Shown: positions 17,415-28,066, numbered from the stretch's first letter. The stretch: DNA of 64,000 nucleotides from Bacteroidales bacterium (GCA_016285145.1 JAEEQE010000007.1:13684-77683), one strand, 5' to 3'. The notes: generated by a model from the sequence alone, not told the origin. Numbers and translations: made by a program.

Positions 17415-20400
17415 TTACAGCACCGTGATGGTCCCCTTCAAGGTGTGACGTTCGCCGTTCTTGTCGTAACAGGTTATCTTATATACATATATATTATTGT
17501 AGAAGATATTTCCGTTGTATGAACCATCCCATTTAAAGGCTTTGTCGTTGGAGTAGAAGACAAGGTCGCCCCAACGGTTGAATATGCGGATGTTGAAGTG
17601 TTCATCGTCAATCAAGTTCTGTGTCCGCTCATCCAAACAGAAGTAATCGTTATTCCCATCGAGGATGCTGGGCGTGATGGCGTTGGGCAGATATGTGCTG
17701 AATACGCAGGGCGAAATGCGGTAATGGTCCGTGCCACTGCAGTTGTTCTTAATGACCGTCACCGTGTAATCTCCCGGCGCTGTCACCGTGATGCTGGGGG
17801 TGGTCTCTCCGGTGCTCCAAAGGTAGTCCGTGTAGCTGTCGTCCACACTCAGGATTTCGGATGCCCCGTAGCAGAAGTCCCCGCTCAACGGCGTGATGAC
17901 GGGGTGTGCGTGGGTGACGCTCACGTTCAGCCGGATGATGGAATCGCAACCGTTGATGGTCTGCATCTGCCGCACGCGCAGCAGGGTGTCTGCCTTCATC
18001 GTCTCTTGCGCGTATATGTCGAACCCGTTGGTGTGGTATTCGTCGCCCTCGCACAGATGGCCGGTGATCGTGGTGTCGTAGCTGTTGTGGACCGTCAGCT
18101 GGAAGACGATGACACTATCGGTGCCGTCAGCCGCTTGTAGCTTCTTTACCACAATACTGTTTTCGTAGAGGGCGGTGTCTTGCCAGATGAATGGCAGTTC
18201 GTTGCGGCAAACCTCGTCGGTGAGGGTGTCCGCGCTGTTCCATAGTACACGCAACGAGTAGTGGACGAGACTGTCACAACCGTTATGGTCCGTCAGCACA
18301 AAGAGGGTGTCTGTGTTTCGGTAGAAGGGGAATCCGTTGCTGATAGCAGGCAGGAGATTCTCAATGATGGTGTCCGCAACAAGGGTGTCTTGGGTTGGGA
18401 AGTAGTTGATGTGCATGGTGATGGCATCGTCCAAACCGTTGGGGTTGAAAAGGATGGTCGATTTGGGTAGGGTGTCGGTGAAGGTGATGCCGTGCCATAC
18501 AATGGGCAGTGCTCCTTGGCAGATGCTGGTATCAATGTCACGATTGATGAGCACTTGCACACTGTCATGACTGCTGCAGTTGCCGTTGTAGCCGATGACG
18601 TGGTAAAGGGTGGACTGTGAAGGGGTGGCCGTGGTCTGCAAGGTGAAAACCGACGACAGCGTTTCACTGGGCAACCATTTGCAAGAGTCGGCTCCTGTCA
18701 CCCATAAAGAGGCACTTCCTCCGAGGAGGATGACGGTATCACCACAGGTGACAAGGGTGGGGTAGTCGTTCACCGTCAACAGCAGGGTGATGATGCTGTC
18801 GCATCCGTCAGGGTTGTCATGTCGCCGCAAATGCGTGAAGGTGCCAACGGTGTTGTTTGTGCTGGCTGGCAGGTTGAATTCATGCCGCACATACGGATTG
18901 CCGATGCAGATGGTGTCCCGTATGGTGTCCCGCAGACTTTGTTGGATGGTCAAGTGCAGATAGGCGGTGCTGTCACAGCCATTGGCCCCTGTTCGGACGA
19001 TGCTGTAGGTGCCGCTTGTGGTATAGGTGGAGTCATTCCATCGTAGGGAGTCGCATGCTGAGATGGTGATGTCGCTGCGACGCGGTTTGTTGAACTGCAG
19101 GGCAATCAGCGTGTCGTAACGGCAACCGAATTCATTGATGGTGGTCAACTGATACAGGATGGTGGTGTCGTTCTGCAGGGTTATGGGTGGTGTCACTTGG
19201 AAAGTGCTGTCCGATAACGGTTGCACCCATGGGCCAACCAACTGCTTTTGAACAATGGAATAGACTGTATTAGCGAACAAGTCGGGGGCTAACGTCAGTT
19301 CCCATTCGGTAAGATAGCCATTGTCATTAATTTCCCTGTCTTCAACCTGAATCTGCCATGTCCCATTCACAGGACAGCCCACCAATTGTTGGAACGATTG
19401 TCTCGGATGGTAGAATTGGGTCCCGGCGTGTACGTCAGAGGAATCCACCTTGTATGAATAGTTGCCTTGGTTGTAGCTGTTGTCCCAAAGCGGATTGGGT
19501 GTGAAATGTATATTGGGGGTTTCGTAAAGATATCCGTATGTTCCTCCGGCATAACTGTACCCCTGGTCGGTGTTGTTTGACCATACATAGTTCCACGGTA
19601 TTCCCATGGGATTGGTTGCAGGATTGCAGTTTGTGGTCTCCATAATGCGGTTGGCCACCCCTATGTTGATGCGCCCGATGTTTGGGAAGGGTGAATTATA
19701 GCCTCTCGGGTCTTGTCCCGGCCATCCGTCGTACAAGCGGGATGGCAGCATGACAGCCGTATTTCCGCTTGGACAACGGAGCAGGATGCGGAGGTCTTCG
19801 ATAGCGGAATGCTCGATTTTCAGGCGCACGAAGCGTATGTCGTTGGCATTGCGTATCTGTGCGTTGTCCCGACCGTTGTTTATGATGAGGGGCGAACGAT
19901 AGATGTTGCCGTAAATCGGACAATCCAAATCATCGGGTAGGAAGATTGGATCGGGGAAATAGATGGTGTGGTTGGGCTGGAAAAGCTGTATTTCCGCATT
20001 GGCATTGTAGCTGATGGTGATTACGGCTGTGTCGCCCGCACAAATGCTCGGTATGTTGACCGATGCAATCGGATTGAGTGAATCTAATATGGTGACGCTG
20101 ATGTGCAGGATGGTGTCACAGCCACCGCCAATGCCTGGATGAATCTCTGGGGTTAGCGAATAGGTGCCCGGCTCCCGGATGGTGTCGTTAAAATGGATGT
20201 AGGGAAGTGCATCGAAGCAGAATGTGTCGGCCTGGGAAAGGGTGATAGATGTTGTGAAATGGATGAAGAATGTAGTATCATATCCGCAGGTGTGTCCGTC
20301 CGTGACGTGAAGCTGGTATCCGATAGTTGTGTCAACAGACAAGGATGACGGCGGTTGGATGATATAATTCCCGTTGGCTCCCGAAAGCCAAGGTCCAGCC

Positions 20401-23400
20401 ATGTTTATGTCGCTGATGACGGGCATCACAGTGGACATGCCAGAATATTGTATCTGGATGTCTGCAGAGACATTGGTGCCAATAGCGAGGTTGTCTGTGT
20501 GGCCGGCGCAGATGTCGGCTATGGGATGCGTGAACCTGCTTGTCAGGGTTGGGAACGTATGCAAGCGGTAATGGACAATATGGTAGGAGTGGTTGGCATT
20601 GATGATTGTGTCTGTGGCGATGTTGTTCGCCAGGGTGAAAGTATGCCCACGCCACGTCAGGGGCAGGCTTTTCTGGCAGACCGTCGTGTCAATACTCTCT
20701 TCTGTGTTGTCAAATATCTGCAATGTATAATGGATGAGGCTGTCGCATCCTTTGCTGTTGGGTATGATGATGACGGTGTCGCTGACGGCAGTGTTGAATA
20801 CAACTCCGTTGAAATTGTGCGGCAGGTCACCCTGCCCCAATTGCTCCACTACCAAACTACCGGTGACTTCCAGAATGGTAAGGTGTAGCGTCACGGTGCT
20901 GTCACAACCGTTGGAGGCTTGAAGCGGTGTGCCGTGGTACGGATATACTCCTGCAAACCGCAGAGAGTCACCGCACCAAAGGTAGGGGAGTTCGTTGCGA
21001 CAAACGGTGTCGTAAAGATCGGTAGTCTTCGGAGCCTTGTATGATATGCTGACGATGGTGTCGAAATGGCAGTTGTGGTCGCTGAAAACGGAGATGAGGT
21101 AGTTAATCGTTGTGTCTTGAGTAATGGTGGCGGGCGGTGTTACCTGATAGGTGGAATCGTTTAGACGGCCACTCCACGGACCTGACAGGGTGGTGCTGTC
21201 GATGGGATGGTGTGAAACGTTCAGCAATTCGGGGGTCAACGCCAACTCCCAGCTGAATAGATAGCCGTTGTCTTGTTCCCATCCGTCAATGACTGTAATT
21301 GTCCAGTCACCGTTCAGAGGACATCCTACCAGGCTTTGGAATGATTGGTCCGGTTTGTAGAAATGGGTGCCGTTGGCAATGTCGGAGGTCCTGAAACGTT
21401 CGGATAGTGTAAATCCCCAGAATGTTTCCCGTTGAACATTGGCATCCCTGTAAATAATGTCGTCATTCGGTGAGTTTGTATTCCCGTATAGATATCCTTG
21501 GTTGGTGTTATTTGACCAACAATAATTCCAACCTGTGCCGGGAGGATTCACATTGGCATTGCAGGCAGGATTGTGGTCATTTGTGTTTGGAATACCAAAA
21601 TCGGTGCTTGTTTCCGCATTTGTTTGGCCACTGGGCGCTGTCTGCCAACCCCGGTGTGCTGCACCGATGTTCTGAATGCAGGGACTGTCTCCCGGAGCGG
21701 ATATGGTTCTGGAAAATTTGAGAATGTCGGCAGCTTGTGAGTTGGGACACGTGATTTTGATATAAAGGTCGCCAGCCCAGGTATGCTCCAAATTTAATCG
21801 AACGTAGCGGATGTCGTTCACGTCGCGGATGACGGAGGTGGCGGGGAAGTTGGTGAAATGTATGGTCGATTGATAGGCACAGCTGTTGTTACAATATTGT
21901 CCATCGGGAAGGAATGTGGTTTCACTCAAGCTGATGCGGGCATCCTCCTCGGAGGCAAAATAGATGTTGTTGCTTGGATTGTGCCCGATGGTGATGATAC
22001 CGGTGTCGCCTATGCAGATGTCCGGAATCTGGATGCTGTTGATGGGATTCGGGAAATCAACGATGGTCAGACGCAACGTGACCACACTGTCACAATGGTT
22101 AGCCCCAACCAGGGTGGCTTGATAGATGCCGCTTTCGGTGTAGGATTGTCCGTTCCAAATGTACGGGGCGCAGGCAGTGTCGTAAATGATGCTTCGTTGT
22201 GTTTGGAATGTGTCCACCTGGAAGATGCGGATGAGGTAAGATTCGTTGGATTGCAGAATGGAATCCACGGTCTGCCCCGCATGATATATGATACGCCCTT
22301 CGTATTCAATGGGGAAGTCGTTGCACAGCGTACAAGCCGAAACAAGGGTGTCGTTGGGTCGTATGTAAAGTGAATAACGCACAATACTGTCGCATCCTTG
22401 GCTGTTTTGGATGGTGAGGAGCGTATCGTTTACGGGCTGTTGGAAGGTGTAACCGTGATATGAATAGGGTATTTGGCTTGTACCAGTGGTGTCAAAAACA
22501 ACAGCTGTGTCGGAAACGTAATTGATTACATGATATGTTTTTACTAATGAAGTTCCTAATGAATCCGTAATGGTCACACGATAGTCTCCTTCGCAAAGGT
22601 TGAAGGCCGTGTCCGTGGTTTGGTGCAGAGGGTCGTCCCACAGGTATCTGTAGGGCGGAAGACCACCCCGCACATTAACGGCGGCCCATCCGTTACAAGG
22701 ATGCTGCGCATCAGGCATACACTGTGTGTTGATGCCGCCGAATGTCTGCGCCCATAATTCGATGGTGAGGTGCAATTCCGCTACCGAATCGCAATAGGGA
22801 TATGTATTGGAAATGAAGTGAAACGGGTAATCGCCGGAATGGGATCCTCTTTCAAAAATGGTATCCAAAGGTTGATAGTAATGGGGCAATGCGCTGTCGG
22901 GAAGGGTAAGATATTGATGGTCATGGGGATTTTCATGGATGAAAACGTTGACAACCGTCATGCTGTCGCAGCCCAATTGGGTGGTGTCGTTGAAACGATA
23001 CTGCTGGGAGGTTGCCCCGATTGGGATGGTCAATCGTTCGCTGAAGATGTAAGGCAGGTCGGCACGGCAGATGTGGAGGATGTTGTTGTGGAGGTATTCG
23101 GGGTGGATGGTGAGATGCAGTGTGACGACAGAATCACAGTTCTCCGAGTTTGTTAACGTGAAGGTGGGAGCAGATGTGCTTTCAGTGTAGAGACTGTCAT
23201 CAATCCAACGGAATGATCCGCAAGCGATTACGGAATCTGTGCCAGCAGAACTATGGCGGATGTTGAGCAAAAGCGTGACAATGCTGTCGCAGCCAGCGGC
23301 ATTGGTGAGTACGACGGTGTCGCTGGCATTTTGCGTGTACGTGCGCCCGTTTATCCACGAGAAAAGGTCGCAGGTGTCCACCCGCACGGTGTCGTGGCTT

Positions 23401-26378
23401 TCGGCGGGCAGCTCCAAGGTGACCCATACGGTGGAGTCGCACTGCTGCCCGCTGAGGAAATGGACCGGCGTGGTGCCTTCCACGGTGAGCAAACTGTCGC
23501 CATAAGGGATCCCAATGCCTAAACGGCTTTGGCATACCGTCAGCGTGTCGCGGGTGGAGAAGGGGGGATTCACAGTGAGATGCAGGTGGATGAGGCTGTC
23601 GCAGCCATGTGCCGAATGGAATAGGACGGGGTAGTCGCCGGTTCGTGTTTCAATGGGGAAAAGGGTGTCGCCGTATGTGTAGGGCAAATCGCTCCCGCAC
23701 AGCATGACGGTGTCGGTGTGCTCGAAAACAGGATTTATTGTAAGATGTAATGTTACAATAGAATCACAGCCTTTCGCATTGGTCAACGTGAATGTGGACG
23801 TGCTTGTGCTGGTTGTATAGAGACTGTCGTTTATCCATCGGTATGACCCGCAAGCGGCAATCGAATCAATACTATGAGTTGAGTGCCGAATGTTGAGCAG
23901 AAGAGTGACAATGGAATCGCAGCCAGCGGCATTGGTGAGCATTGTCATGTCGCTGGCACTTTGCGTGTAGGTGCGCCCATTTGTCCACGTGAACACATCG
24001 CAGGTGTCCACCCGTATAGTGTCGTAGGTGTTGGATAACGGCACGATGGTGAGCCATACGGTGGAATCGCAGCCGGGCACACTGGTGAACATCACAGGAT
24101 GCTCTCCGATGGTGGAGAATAGACTGTCGCCGTAGGCAATGCCGTTTGCCAATTGGGATGGACAAGCCAAGAGGGTGTCGCGGGTGGAGTAGGGGGGATT
24201 CACAGTGAGATGCAGGTGGATGAGGCTGTCACAGCCATGTGCCGAATGGAATAGGACGGGGTAGTCGCCGGTTCGTGTTTCAATGGGTAAAAGAGTGTCG
24301 CCGTATGTGTAGGGCAAATCGCTACCGCAGAGGGCAAGTGTGTCGTGGCGCTCGTATTCAGGATAGATGGTGAGGTAGAGGGTGACCATGGAATCGCACA
24401 AACCACCTGGACGGGGAATATGCTGTATGTATTCGCCATCTGCATCGTAACGCTGGCCGTTCCACCAGTATTCTGTGCAGGCCGTATCGCGGAAGTCAGT
24501 GGTGTCCACCGGCACAACAAGGGTTTTCAGGAGTGTGTCCAAGCAAGCGTCCCGGTTCATGCCGCTGACTAATGTCACCGTGTAAGTGCCCGGTTGCACA
24601 TAGGTGTGCGTGGTGTTGTACTCTTGGGAAGAGGTCCCGTCGCCGAAGTTCCAATAGGCACTCTCGCACTCGGTGGCGTATGGTGTGGCGGTGCCGTTGG
24701 ATATGATGCTATGGTTTATAAAGGAGTAATGACGGCTGCAGGGGGTGCGAACGATGTCGAAGTCTGATTCCGGAACGATGGGGTTCAGTACGCCTTGTAG
24801 CTGAAATCCGCAACCCTGACCTTCCAAATCCGAAACTTCGCAGGCAAGTGTTTTCGTAGGATCCACCGGCACCGTGATGGATTGCCCCGTCCCGATGATC
24901 GTCCCCGGATTATCCGTGTAGTACCAGCTGTAATTGAAGCCGGCCGGTGCAGTGAAGGTGTTGGTCGCCGCCTCGCCGCATTGTTCTACCGTCAGTTTCT
25001 GCTTCATACAGCCCAGATTGAAATAGGCAAATCCCCAATGGGCTCCCTCTCCGCAATCACGGTTGGTCAAGCGGATGGTGATCTGTTGTCCGTGGTAGGC
25101 GGAAACGTTGAAACCGATGTTGGTCCAGTCTTTCCAAAGCACATCGTGCGACAAATACCGGGGCTGGGTGCTGTTGTATATGTTGGATGCCGTACGATAA
25201 TGAAATTCGTTCCATCCCAAGGATTGGCTGGAAATGAATTGGGCCTGTCCACAGTTGGGGTCCACAATCTGCCCGTTTTGGTTCAGAATTTCCATGTCAA
25301 AGCGGGGTTGGTTGATCTGTGTGTGGTTAGGAAGTTCCATGACGGCTGCATATTTCAACAGGATGATGTCAGCCACAGACGTGTCCACTGTGAAGGTGTA
25401 AGAAATACTCTCGCTTTCTGCAGGTTTGGCATTTCCCAATTTCACGGAGTAGGTCTCGCCGTCAGGAATCGTTTGTAGCAGACCGCCAGTGTAGGGATCA
25501 AAACTCTGCCGGGTAACGACGCTATGATGGTTTGCCATAATACCCACATGTTCGTAAGGATTGCTGTTGACCCCGTATCCACCGTAGGAGCAGATGATGT
25601 TTGGGCGGTTCAAGTCCCGCATGTCAATACATAAGGCTGCTTCCGGAATGGTGTAGGAGACGGTCACTGGTTGTGAAGGACCCGAACAAGGATATGTCAG
25701 ACGGAAGTTGTATTTGGTTTTGGATGTGAGGCCTGCAATCCGATAACGCGGTTCGGTAATACCGGAAACGACGGTGCCGGTGCCTGGCACAAAGCCGTCA
25801 GGACCATATTCCAACGTGTAGCCGGTGGAGGCTCCGGATTGGGCGGGGATCCATTCCACCATCAGCGTGTCGTTGCTCCAGGAAAAGGTCAACGGATAGT
25901 CGTTTTCGCAGGCGCAACCCGCCACGCAGGTGTATTTAAGACGGAATTCGTTGTATTGGAATAGGTAGTTGCTGTTGAAACGTATTGTCATCGGGCCGGT
26001 TGAGGTGACATTCACATAACCGGCTTCGGTGGCGTTTGCCAGTAAGGGGGAAGTGGTGGAGGCTCCGTTGTAGATGTAAATGTGGTCCTTAAATTCAACA
26101 GGACCGTAGTTGAAGTCTGTGATGATGTAAGAACCTTCCAGATGGATACCACATCCCGTTGGTGGATTTATGGTGATCGAGCCGTTATTGTTGGTGATGC
26201 AGTACCCGTTCACATCAGTCGTTGGAACAATGAATCCGGTACATCCTTGTATGTTTTTATGTCCTGTGATGGGTATGGTGTCCACCGGCGATTGCCCGAA
26301 AATAGAGGCAACCAAACACAGGACAAACAAAATTGTAAGTCCGTGTCGCAATCCCAGGTGTAGTTTTATATTATACAT
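17415..26378 (-). CDS. Giant (2987 aa) T9SS type-B-CTD cargo/adhesin-like protein
   Basis: Domains recognised, N to C: signal peptide; CUB-like then FN3-like N-terminus; a PKD domain (WNFGDGTSSQEYNTTHTYVQPGTYTV, ~24.54-24.76 kb); about 20 Cys-containing modules ending GCDS(I/L/V)VTLHLT; two proprotein-convertase P-domain-like units (VRLNLEHTWAGDLYIKITCP ~21.2-21.85 kb; VRLKIEHSAIEDLRILLRCPSG ~19.25-19.87 kb); and the C-terminal gliding-motility CTD (PNAITPS..GNNDYF..IRIFNRWGDLVF..WDG). Confidence 0.85.
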   Translation of the reverse strand: MYNIKLHLGLRHGLTILFVLCLVASIFGQSPVDTIPITGHKNIQGCTGFIVPTTDVNGYCITNNNGSITINPPTGCGIHLEGSYIITDFNYGPVEFKDHIYIYNGASTTSPLLANATEAGYVNVTSTGPMTIRFNSNYLFQYNEFRLKYTCVAGCACENDYPLTFSWSNDTLMVEWIPAQSGASTGYTLEYGPDGFVPGTGTVVSGITEPRYRIAGLTSKTKYNFRLTYPCSGPSQPVTVSYTIPEAALCIDMRDLNRPNIICSYGGYGVNSNPYEHVGIMANHHSVVTRQSFDPYTGGLLQTIPDGETYSVKLGNAKPAESESISYTFTVDTSVADIILLKYAAVMELPNHTQINQPRFDMEILNQNGQIVDPNCGQAQFISSQSLGWNEFHYRTASNIYNSTQPRYLSHDVLWKDWTNIGFNVSAYHGQQITIRLTNRDCGEGAHWGFAYFNLGCMKQKLTVEQCGEAATNTFTAPAGFNYSWYYTDNPGTIIGTGQSITVPVDPTKTLACEVSDLEGQGCGFQLQGVLNPIVPESDFDIVRTPCSRHYSFINHSIISNGTATPYATECESAYWNFGDGTSSQEYNTTHTYVQPGTYTVTLVSGMNRDACLDTLLKTLVVPVDTTDFRDTACTEYWWNGQRYDADGEYIQHIPRPGGLCDSMVTLYLTIYPEYERHDTLALCGSDLPYTYGDTLLPIETRTGDYPVLFHSAHGCDSLIHLHLTVNPPYSTRDTLLACPSQLANGIAYGDSLFSTIGEHPVMFTSVPGCDSTVWLTIVPLSNTYDTIRVDTCDVFTWTNGRTYTQSASDMTMLTNAAGCDSIVTLLLNIRHSTHSIDSIAACGSYRWINDSLYTTSTSTSTFTLTNAKGCDSIVTLHLTINPVFEHTDTVMLCGSDLPYTYGDTLFPIETRTGDYPVLFHSAHGCDSLIHLHLTVNPPFSTRDTLTVCQSRLGIGIPYGDSLLTVEGTTPVHFLSGQQCDSTVWVTLELPAESHDTVRVDTCDLFSWINGRTYTQNASDTVVLTNAAGCDSIVTLLLNIRHSSAGTDSVIACGSFRWIDDSLYTESTSAPTFTLTNSENCDSVVTLHLTIHPEYLHNNILHICRADLPYIFSERLTIPIGATSQQYRFNDTTQLGCDSMTVVNVFIHENPHDHQYLTLPDSALPHYYQPLDTIFERGSHSGDYPFHFISNTYPYCDSVAELHLTIELWAQTFGGINTQCMPDAQHPCNGWAAVNVRGGLPPYRYLWDDPLHQTTDTAFNLCEGDYRVTITDSLGTSLVKTYHVINYVSDTAVVFDTTGTSQIPYSYHGYTFQQPVNDTLLTIQNSQGCDSIVRYSLYIRPNDTLVSACTLCNDFPIEYEGRIIYHAGQTVDSILQSNESYLIRIFQVDTFQTQRSIIYDTACAPYIWNGQSYTESGIYQATLVGANHCDSVVTLRLTIVDFPNPINSIQIPDICIGDTGIITIGHNPSNNIYFASEEDARISLSETTFLPDGQYCNNSCAYQSTIHFTNFPATSVIRDVNDIRYVRLNLEHTWAGDLYIKITCPNSQAADILKFSRTISAPGDSPCIQNIGAAHRGWQTAPSGQTNAETSTDFGIPNTNDHNPACNANVNPPGTGWNYCWSNNTNQGYLYGNTNSPNDDIIYRDANVQRETFWGFTLSERFRTSDIANGTHFYKPDQSFQSLVGCPLNGDWTITVIDGWEQDNGYLFSWELALTPELLNVSHHPIDSTTLSGPWSGRLNDSTYQVTPPATITQDTTINYLISVFSDHNCHFDTIVSISYKAPKTTDLYDTVCRNELPYLWCGDSLRFAGVYPYHGTPLQASNGCDSTVTLHLTILEVTGSLVVEQLGQGDLPHNFNGVVFNTAVSDTVIIIPNSKGCDSLIHYTLQIFDNTEESIDTTVCQKSLPLTWRGHTFTLANNIATDTIINANHSYHIVHYRLHTFPTLTSRFTHPIADICAGHTDNLAIGTNVSADIQIQYSGMSTVMPVISDINMAGPWLSGANGNYIIQPPSSLSVDTTIGYQLHVTDGHTCGYDTTFFIHFTTSITLSQADTFCFDALPYIHFNDTIREPGTYSLTPEIHPGIGGGCDTILHISVTILDSLNPIASVNIPSICAGDTAVITISYNANAEIQLFQPNHTIYFPDPIFLPDDLDCPIYGNIYRSPLIINNGRDNAQIRNANDIRFVRLKIEHSAIEDLRILLRCPSGNTAVMLPSRLYDGWPGQDPRGYNSPFPNIGRINIGVANRIMETTNCNPATNPMGIPWNYVWSNNTDQGYSYAGGTYGYLYETPNIHFTPNPLWDNSYNQGNYSYKVDSSDVHAGTQFYHPRQSFQQLVGCPVNGTWQIQVEDREINDNGYLTEWELTLAPDLFANTVYSIVQKQLVGPWVQPLSDSTFQVTPPITLQNDTTILYQLTTINEFGCRYDTLIALQFNKPRRSDITISACDSLRWNDSTYTTSGTYSIVRTGANGCDSTAYLHLTIQQSLRDTIRDTICIGNPYVRHEFNLPASTNNTVGTFTHLRRHDNPDGCDSIITLLLTVNDYPTLVTCGDTVILLGGSASLWVTGADSCKWLPSETLSSVFTLQTTATPSQSTLYHVIGYNGNCSSHDSVQVLINRDIDTSICQGALPIVWHGITFTDTLPKSTILFNPNGLDDAITMHINYFPTQDTLVADTIIENLLPAISNGFPFYRNTDTLFVLTDHNGCDSLVHYSLRVLWNSADTLTDEVCRNELPFIWQDTALYENSIVVKKLQAADGTDSVIVFQLTVHNSYDTTITGHLCEGDEYHTNGFDIYAQETMKADTLLRVRQMQTINGCDSIIRLNVSVTHAHPVITPLSGDFCYGASEILSVDDSYTDYLWSTGETTPSITVTAPGDYTVTVIKNNCSGTDHYRISPCVFSTYLPNAITPSILDGNNDYFCLDERTQNLIDDEHFNIRIFNRWGDLVFYSNDKAFKWDGSYNGNIFYNNIYVYKITCYDKNGERHTLKGTITVL
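23076..24335 (-). repeat. Tandem duplication of a 630-bp (210-aa, four-module) unit inside the giant gene
   Basis: Offset is exactly 630 nt. The cores 23545-23702 and 24175-24332 are nearly identical (LCGSDLPYTYGDTL(L/F)PIETRTGDYPVLFHSAHGCDSLIHLHLTVNPP). The rest of the unit is roughly 80% identical. Confidence 0.85.
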
Positions 26379-26471
26379 TAATACAAATACCCAATTCTAG
26401 TGGGCAAATGTATGATTTTCAATAAGAAAAAAATAAAGGGGATGCGAATTTTATGAAAGGTGGAATGTTAA

Positions 26472-27923
26472 TTAAATCTTATAAGTCTTAACCTTGCTTT
26501 TGGGCTTGCTTTCCGTGTCGTTATACGGGTTTTCACGGGTTCGGGCAGGCTGGATTTCAAGCTGGTAATCTTGGGTGGTCAATGTTTTGTAACTGCCACT
26601 GTCATAGTCATAATAGGTGTATTTTACCCCCGGAATCAGATAAGTGCCCTCCATCCTCGGGATGATGGTGAAACGGAAGGTCTTGGTGCCGGTCACGATG
26701 TCGCCCTTGGCGGAGATGTGGCTGACCACTTTCGGGTAGGTTACATCGCAGTCGGCAGGAAAATCGATATTGAAATCTTCGTCGCTGACGTGGTGCAGGT
26801 TGCCATTCCCCGACACTGTGACGGTGAAGGTGATGGGCTCGTTGGCGTAAGCCTCCGTTTTGTTGATGTTGGAGGTGATGTTGAAATTACCGACTACCTC
26901 CGTTTTGCCGTCATTGCGTGCGCCGGGCAGGGCTTTGACCTTCACTGTCAGCTCGTTGGATGTGAGCTGCACGGTCTGCGTCTGGTAGGTCTGGAACATG
27001 CCCCAGAAGGGATCCCGGCTGGTAGCGGGCACACGGATTGCTAAAATGACATTCAATTTGGGGATGATGATCTTGCCGGTTTTGGTCGGATATACGGCCG
27101 TCTGCTTGATGGTGAACACCGTGTAGGTCTTGCCGTTCAGGGTCTCAGTGCTCTTCTCCTCCCGGTTCAGCTCCAACGGATCCATCCATAAATCGTTGCT
27201 GCCGCCAAAGGAGGCACGCTCAATGCTGTATCCGCTAATATCCTCTTTCACATACAGTTTGTGAGTGACGACCACCGCCTCACCCTGGTAGGCCTCCAGT
27301 GTGGTGGTGATGGCTTTCAGCATCATGTCCTCCTTGCCGATTTTGGCGGGTGCCTTGGAGGACTTGTCCGGCTGGCTCTTGGGCTGCTGCTCGTTGGGAA
27401 ACTTCGGCCGCTGCTGGTTTTGGAATGGCCACTCGAAAGAAAACGAGTCCATGTCGGGCATCTGGAAGTCCGGCCACTCGAAATGGAACCAGTTGTCGGC
27501 CTGTTGCTCCTCCTGAGGTTGGCTCTTGGGTGTTTTCGTCACACGCACCTCCACCATGTTGCTGCGATAGATGCGCCCGTTGATGGACAGACTGACCCCC
27601 GGAATCGTAAAGTTGCCCTCCTTCGGGGCGGAAAGATAGTATGTGTAGGTGTAAGTGGTCTGCTGCTGCACGCTCCCGTTGTTGATGGAGATGGATGTGC
27701 TGGAGCCGACACTCGGCCCGCTCACGAATTCGAATTTGCCGAAATCGGTGGACACGATTTCGCCTCTTCCAGTACTGGAAATGATATATTTAAATTGTTG
27801 TCCCACACCCACTTCCGCTGGTGCTTTGGCAAAGCAGGAATCTTCCGTCTGGGCTTGCAGTTGCGTCCCCCAGCAAATAATCATCATTGTGAAAATCGTC
27901 TTAACCAACGTTTTTATATACAT
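26472..27923 (-). CDS. BatD-family protein
   Basis: Signal peptide plus the N-terminal pattern VGVGQQFKYIIS..FEFVSGPSVGSSTSISINNG..TYTYYLSAPKEGNFTIPGVSL typical of BatD. Has a Q/P-rich linker. No other bat genes are nearby. Confidence 0.6.
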   Translation of the reverse strand: MYIKTLVKTIFTMMIICWGTQLQAQTEDSCFAKAPAEVGVGQQFKYIISSTGRGEIVSTDFGKFEFVSGPSVGSSTSISINNGSVQQQTTYTYTYYLSAPKEGNFTIPGVSLSINGRIYRSNMVEVRVTKTPKSQPQEEQQADNWFHFEWPDFQMPDMDSFSFEWPFQNQQRPKFPNEQQPKSQPDKSSKAPAKIGKEDMMLKAITTTLEAYQGEAVVVTHKLYVKEDISGYSIERASFGGSNDLWMDPLELNREEKSTETLNGKTYTVFTIKQTAVYPTKTGKIIIPKLNVILAIRVPATSRDPFWGMFQTYQTQTVQLTSNELTVKVKALPGARNDGKTEVVGNFNITSNINKTEAYANEPITFTVTVSGNGNLHHVSDEDFNIDFPADCDVTYPKVVSHISAKGDIVTGTKTFRFTIIPRMEGTYLIPGVKYTYYDYDSGSYKTLTTQDYQLEIQPARTRENPYNDTESKPKSKVKTYKI

Positions 27924-28066
27924 ACTAAACCTCCTTTTTAATGCGTCCGTATTAACGATTCAGCACGTGTTTTATTGCATGAAATGCGAAATGATTTTTG
28001 TTCGTATAGGGTATTTAAAATTGCGTATATAATGACTGATTAATTTTAATGATGTTTGCCCCAATC

